Assembly (NCBI GenBank): GCA_965219575.1
Contig: OZ244779.1
Span: forward strand, 844,769-908,768
Origin: Candidatus Oxydemutatoraceae bacterium
GTDB taxonomy: Bacteria > Pseudomonadota > Gammaproteobacteria > Poriferisulfidales > Oxydemutatoraceae
DNA length: 64,000 nucleotides
Reading direction: 5' to 3'
The notes under the pieces are model-generated. The model saw nothing but the letters and a program-made list of their open reading frames with translations, searched no databases and was not told where the DNA came from. Positions 61,101 through 64,000 of the stretch are shown here, piece after piece. Each line of letters opens with the position of its first letter. The stretch's first letter is position 1. Made by a program: the position numbers and the translations under genes.

Positions 61101-64000
61101 TGTCACATCTATCGAAGTATTCATACCTTCCAATAGCTTGACCGGTTGCCCGGGAATACCGCTCAGCGTCGGTGGTGCGTTGACACGCACCGACAAAGCC
61201 GCACTGTGGCTTAGCCCGTTGTTGTCGGTTGCGGTAAAGGTAATCGTTGCCACACCACCTTGCAGTGCATTTAGCGTAAAGATGTTAGCCGTATTATCGG
61301 TTATATCGGTAATCGTCGTCGGCGATGTCACCGACACAATCGCTTCATTCGATGACATTGCCGTCAATGTGACGCGATCACCGTCGCCGTAATTACTATC
61401 TGCGACCGAGACGACAATATTAACCGTGCTATTGAGCGGTAGCGTTTGCGCTGTTGCAGGTGTTAGTGTAATCGTCGGTGCGATGTTCGCTTCTACCTGC
61501 ACCGCAAATTGTGCCGAGACCTGCGAGTTTGTCGCATCTCTGCCGTCGTTGACCGTCACCGTAATCGTCGTATTGCCGGCACCGACGCCGACAATCTCAA
61601 GCGTGCGCATGGCTCTGTTGCCACTGGCATTGACCGTTGCAATCTGTGTGTCGCTGGATTCAACCGCTATCGTTAGGGTATCGTCGGCATTGGCATCGCC
61701 CAGCGTCACATCTATCGAAGTATTCATACCTTCCAATAGCTTGACCGGTTGCTCGGGAATACTGCTCAGCGTCGGCGGTGCATTGGCACGCACCGACAAA
61801 GCCGCACTATGGCTTAGTCCGTTGTTGTCCTGTGCAGTAAAGGTAATCGTTGCCACACCACCTTGCTTGGCATCCAGCACGAAGTGCATACTCGTGTCGG
61901 TCGTTATATCGGCAACTTGTATAGGCACCACCGACACGATGGTTCGGCTCGACGACATGGCCGTCAGTGTGACGCGATCACTGTTAACATAATTACTATC
62001 CGCGACCGAGACAACGATATGCGCCGTGCTATTGAGCGGTAGCGTTTGCGCTGTTGCAGGTGTTAGTGTAATCATCGGCGCGATGTTCGCTTGCACCTGC
62101 ACTGCAAATTGTGCCGAGACCTGCGAGTTCGCTACACCTCTGCCGTCGTTGACCGTCACCGTAATCGTCGTATTGCCGGCACCGATGCCGACAATCTCAA
62201 GTGTGCGCATGATTCCGTTGCCACTGGCATTGACCGTTGCGATCTGCGTATCGCTGGATTCAACTGCTACCGTTAGGGTATCGTCGGCATTGGCATCGCC
62301 AAGCATCACATTTATCGAAGTATTCATACCTTCCAGCAGTTTGAGCGGTTGCTCGGGAATACCGCTCAGCGTCGGTGGTGCGTTGACACGCACCGACAAG
62401 GAGGCACTGTCGCTTAGCCCGTTGCTGTCCTTCGCAATGAAAGTCACCGTTGCCACACCCTCTTGCTCGGCATCCAGCACGAAGCGTATACGCGTATCGG
62501 TCGTTATATCGGCAACATGTATCGGCACCACCGACACGATGGTTCGGCTCGACGACATTGCCGTCAATGTGACGCGATCACCGTCGCCGTAATTACTATC
62601 TGCGACCAAGACGACGATATGCGTCGTACTATCGAGCGGTAGCGTCTGTGGAGTTGAGGGTGTCAATGTAATCATCGGTGCGATGTTCGCTTGCACCTGT
62701 ACCGCAAATTGTGCCGAGACCTGCGAGTTTGCTACACCTCTGCCGTCGTTCACCGACACCGTAATCGTCGTATTGCCGGCACCGGCACCGACAATTTCAA
62801 GCGTGCGCATGATTCCGTTGCCACTGGCATTGACCGTTGCAATTTGCGTATCGCTGGATTCAACTGCTATCGTCAGGGTATCGTCGGCATTGGCATCGCC
62901 TAGTGTCACATCTATCGAAGTATTCATACCTTCCAATAGCTTGACCGGTTGCTCGGGAATACCGCTGAGCGTCGGTGGTGCATTGGCACGCACCGACAAA
63001 GCCACACTGTGGCTTAGTCCGTTGTTGTCGGTTGCAGTAAAGGTAATCGTTGCCACACCACCTTGCAGTGCACTTAGCGTAAAGATGTTAGCCGTATCAT
63101 CGGTTATATCGGTAATCGTCGTCGGCGATGTCACCGACACAATCGCTTCATTCGATGACATTGCCGTCAATGTGACGCGATCACCGTCGCCGTAATTACT
63201 ATCTGCGACCGAGACGACAATATTAACCGTGCTATTGAGCGGTAGCGTTTGCGCTGTTGCAGGTGTTAGTGTAATCGTCGGTGCGATGTTCGCTTCTACC
63301 TGCACCGCAAATTGTGCCGAGACCTGCGAGTTTGTCGCATCTCTGCCGTCGTTGACCGTCACCGTAATCGTCGTATTGCCGGCACCGACGCCGACAATCT
63401 CAAGCGTGCGCATGGCTCTGTTGCCACTGGCATTGACCGTTGCAATCTGTGTGTCGCTGGATTCAACCGCTATCGTTAGGGTATCGTCGGCATTGGCATC
63501 GCCCAGCGTCACATCTATCGAAGTATTCATACCCTCCAGTAGTCTGAGCGGTTGCTCGGGAACACCTTGCAGCGTCGGCGGTGCATTGGCACGCACCGAC
63601 AAAGCCGCACTATGGCTTAGTCCGTTGTTGTCCTCTGCAGTAAAGGTAATCGTTGCCACACCACCTTGCTTGGCATCCAGCACGAAGTGCATACTCGTGT
63701 CGGTCGTTATATCGGCAACTTGTATAGGCACCACCGACACGATGGTTCGGCTCGACGACATGGCCGTCAGTGTGACGCGATCACTGTTAACATAATTACT
63801 ATCCGCGACCGAGACAACGATATGCGCCGTGCTATTGAGCGGTAGCGTTTGCGCTGTTGCAGGTGTTAGTGTAATCATCGGCGCGATGTTCGCTTGCACC
63901 TGCACTGCAAATTGTGCCGAGACCTGCGAGTTCGCTACACCTCTGCCGTCGTTGACCGTCACCGTAATCGTCGTATTGCCGGCACCGATGCCGACAATCT
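52122..64000 (-). CDS. Giant repetitive adhesin-like protein, C-terminal part (>3950 aa; start lies outside the window)
   Basis: Frame stays open to the window edge (IVGIGAGNTTITV); ~200-aa Ig/cadherin-like repeats; C-terminal ~450 aa homologous to the 4371-aa protein; ends IRIQVRVFLEGLLQ. Confidence 0.92.
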   Translation of the reverse strand, partial: IVGIGAGNTTITVTVNDGRGVANSQVSAQFAVQVQANIAPMITLTPATAQTLPLNSTAHIVVSVADSNYVNSDRVTLTAMSSSRTIVSVVPIQVADITTDTSMHFVLDAKQGGVATITFTAEDNNGLSHSAALSVRANAPPTLQGVPEQPLRLLEGMNTSIDVTLGDANADDTLTIAVESSDTQIATVNASGNRAMRTLEIVGVGAGNTTITVTVNDGRDATNSQVSAQFAVQVEANIAPTITLTPATAQTLPLNSTVNIVVSVADSNYGDGDRVTLTAMSSNEAIVSVTSPTTITDITDDTANIFTLSALQGGVATITFTATDNNGLSHSVALSVRANAPPTLSGIPEQPVKLLEGMNTSIDVTLGDANADDTLTIAVESSDTQIATVNASGNGIMRTLEIVGAGAGNTTITVSVNDGRGVANSQVSAQFAVQVQANIAPMITLTPSTPQTLPLDSTTHIVVLVADSNYGDGDRVTLTAMSSSRTIVSVVPIHVADITTDTRIRFVLDAEQEGVATVTFIAKDSNGLSDSASLSVRVNAPPTLSGIPEQPLKLLEGMNTSINVMLGDANADDTLTVAVESSDTQIATVNASGNGIMRTLEIVGIGAGNTTITVTVNDGRGVANSQVSAQFAVQVQANIAPMITLTPATAQTLPLNSTAHIVVSVADSNYVNSDRVTLTAMSSSRTIVSVVPIQVADITTDTSMHFVLDAKQGGVATITFTAQDNNGLSHSAALSVRANAPPTLSSIPEQPVKLLEGMNTSIDVTLGDANADDTLTIAVESSDTQIATVNASGNRAMRTLEIVGVGAGNTTITVTVNDGRDATNSQVSAQFAVQVEANIAPTITLTPATAQTLPLNSTVNIVVSVADSNYGDGDRVTLTAMSSNEAIVSVTSPTTITDITDNTANIFTLNALQGGVATITFTATDNNGLSHSAALSVRVNAPPTLSGIPGQPVKLLEGMNTSIDVTLGDANADDTLTIAVESSDTQIATVNASGSGAVRTLEIVGAGAGNTTITVSVNDGRGVANSQVSAQFAVQVQANIAPTITLTPSTAQTLAINSTAHIVVSVADGNFNLNDVVILTAMSSSRTIVSVVPIQVADITTDRSMRFVLDAEQDGVATVTFIAKDSNGLSDSASLSVRVNAPPTLSGIPEQPLKLLEGMNTSIDVTLGDANADDILTIAVESNDTQIATVNASGNGIMRTLEIVGVGAGNTTITVSVNDGRGIANSQVSAQFAVQVEANIAPMITLTPATMQTLPLNSTAHIVVSIADSNFNLNDVVTLTAMSSNETIVLVTSPTTITDITDDTANTFTLNALQGGVATITFTATDSNGLSHSADLSVRVNAPPTLSDIPEQPLRLLEGMNTSIDVTLGDANADDILTIAVESNDTQIATVNASGNGIMRTLEIVGVGAGNTTITVSVNDDRGATNSQVSAQFAVQVQANIAPMITLTPATAQTLPLNSTVNIVVSVADSNYVNGDRVTLTAMSSSRTIVSVVPIQVADITTDTRIRFVLDAEQDGVATITFTAQDSNGLSHSAALSVRVNAPPTLSDIPEQPVKLLEGMNTSIDVTLGDANADDIPTIAVESNDTQIATVNASGNGIMRTLEIVGVGAGNTTITVSVNDDRGATNSQVSAQFAVQVQANIAPMITLTPATAQTLPLNSTANIVVLVADSNYVNGDRVTLTAMSSSRTIVSVVPIQVADITTDTRIRFVLDAEQDGVATVTFIAKDSNGLSHSAVLSVRANAPPTLSGIPEQPLRLLEGMNTELRLTLADANADDTLTIAVESSDTQIATVNASGNGTMRTLEIVGVGAGNTTITVAVNDGRGIANSQVSAQFAMQVKANIAPTITLTPSTARTLPLNSTANIIVSVADSNFNLNDVVTLTAMSSSRTIVSVVPMQVDNITTDMSIRFVLSAERSGVATVTFIAKDSNGLSDSAALSVRVNAPPTLSGIPEQPVRLLEGMNTSIDVTLGDANADDILTIAVESNDTQVAMVSASGNGTMRTLEIVGVGAGNTTITVSVNDGRGVANSQVSAQFAVQVEANIAPTITLTPSTAQTLAINSTTGIVISVADSNFNLNDVVTLTAVSSSRTIVSVTSPTTITDITDNTANTFTLNALQGGVATITFTAEDSNGLSHSADLSMRVNAPPTLQGIPEQPLRLLEGMNTSINVTLDDANADDTLTIAVESNDTLIATVNASGSGATRTLEIVGIGAGNTTITVTVNDGRGVANSQVSAQFAVQVQANIAPMITLTPATMQTLPLNSTAHIVVSVVDSNYGDNDNITLTAMSSNETIVSVTSPTTITDITDDTANTFTLNALQGGVATITFTAQDNNGLSHSAALSVRANAPPTLSGIPEQPLRLLEGMNTSIDVTLGDANADDTLTIAVESSDTQIATVNASGDGTMRTLEIVGIGAGNTTITVSVNDGRGATNSQVSAQFAVQVEANIAPMITLIPSTPQTLPLDSTAHIIVSVADGNFNLNDVVTLTAMSSSRTIVSVTSPTTITDITDDTANTFTLNALQGGVATITFTAEDSNGLSHSAALSVRVNAPPTLSGIPEQPLRLLEGMNTSINVTLGDANADDTLTIAVESNDTLIATVNASSNGIMRTLEIVGVGAGNTTITVTINDGRGATNSQVSAQFAVQVEANTDPTITLTPSTAQTLPLNSTANIVVSVVDSNYGDNDNITLTAMSSNETIVSVTSPTTITDITDNTANTFTLNALQGGVATITFTAEDSNGLSHSADLSVRVNAPPTLQGIPEQPLRLLEGMNTSINVTLGDANADDTLTIAVESSDMQIATVNASGNGTMRTLEIVGVGAGNTTITVTVNDGRGATNSQVSAQFAVQVEANIAPTITLTPSTMQTLPLDSTAHIVVSVADSNFNLNDVVTLTAMSSSRTIVSVVPMQVADITTDMSIRFVLSAERSGVATVTFIAKDSNGLSDSAALSVRVNAPPTLSGIPEQPVRLLEGMNTSIDVTLGDANADDTLTIAVESNDTQIATVNASGSGAVRTLEIVGVGAGNTTITVTVNDGRGATNSQVSAQFAVQVEANIAPMITLTPSTMQTLPLDSTAHIVVSVADSNFNLNDVVTLTAMSSSRTIVSVMPMQVTDITTDRSMRFVLDAEQDGVATVTFIAKDSNGLSDSASLSVRVNAPPTLSGIPEQPLRLLEGMNTSIDVTLGDANADDILTIAVESNDTQIATVNASGNGIMRTLEIVGVGAGNTTITVTVNDGRGVANSQVSAQFAVQVEANTPPIITLTPSTAQTLPLNSTAHIVVSVADSNFNLNDVVILTAMSSSRTIVSVMPMQVTDITTDRSMRFVLDAEQDGVATVTFIAKDSNGLSDSASLSVRVNAPPTLSGIPEQPLRLLEGMNTSIDVTLGDANADDILTIAVESNDTQIATVNASGNGIMRTLEIVGVGAGNTTITVTVNDGRGVANSQVSAQFAVQVEANTPPIITLTPSTAQTLPLNSTAHIVVSVADSNFNLNDVVILTAMSSSRTIVSVMPIQITGITDNTARTFMLNALQSGMATITFTATDSADLSSSRTLEVAVNTSPILSDRVPTRVIATVGVPFERDVSEFFMDADGDTLTYNIAIAPMSGLIDGFSTMTGVWTFTATDADASRNTAGSIVTVLADDGRGGSAQTTFTLLIDAPPTALRIATVVNDRWLLRASGLDDANGIATTSYRWFINDILIDGATENAYRIPDNRASRTAGTRYRLEATVVDNIGQSVTTQSNVYTVANESPVIVSITDPQTIDETTATQNITVVVTASDPNYDDLTYSWRTNTGTLNDATSATVTLIVPPNFVDAVSSDTTVNIKIVISDGTTTTIGMTSVVVNKVNNGAITIGVLVGTGNDATTLTAAILSSDPDGDPSEAVMYQWQVCSVNVDCSVKGNWNDIVGAMTTPYLIVSGSEILVRGNSFRAEASYTDEQGYREIVYSPAQVYTPLTSVIRIQVRVFLEGLLQ
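53400..64000. repeat. Intragenic tandem array of 600/603-bp units (~17 copies)
   Basis: 53521-54120 is nearly identical to 54121-54720; recurring NAPPTLSGIPEQP.RLLEGMNTSI and NSQVSAQFAVQV. Confidence 0.95.

Noticed and set aside
53569-63795. Long plus-strand ORFs (up to 802 aa), and minus-strand ORFs at 14087-18469
   Set aside because: Antisense shadows of the repetitive T/V/D-rich giant genes; no independent protein signature

Overview
Gammaproteobacterial chromosome segment. Housekeeping genes: rnr-tadA-mltF, msrPQ, glyA-ribD, leuA-udg-rimI-cysG, leuB-asd-fimV-truA-lysC-csrA-tRNA-Ser and bioA. About 40% of the window belongs to three paralogous giant, modular, probably secreted proteins: one complete (4371 aa), one N-terminal part running off the left edge (not in the ORF track), and one C-terminal part with ~17 tandem 200-aa units running off the right edge. 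The two visible C-termini share the motif IRI-x-x-[KR]VFLEG-x-LQ-stop. Intergenic DNA carries a nested repeat family made of GGCTGTTGAAAAAG terminal inverted repeats, GTAG-type REP palindromes and a 38-bp hairpin unit; this family overlaps the TAG stop codons of four genes. An IS110 element sits exactly in the loop of one REP. Its boundaries, CA core, circle-junction promoter and bridge-RNA guides (which match the REP) can be read from the sequence. An IS607-like TnpB-only element and three ATKxD coiled-coil paralogs are also present. All calls were made by eye from motifs; no database search was run.
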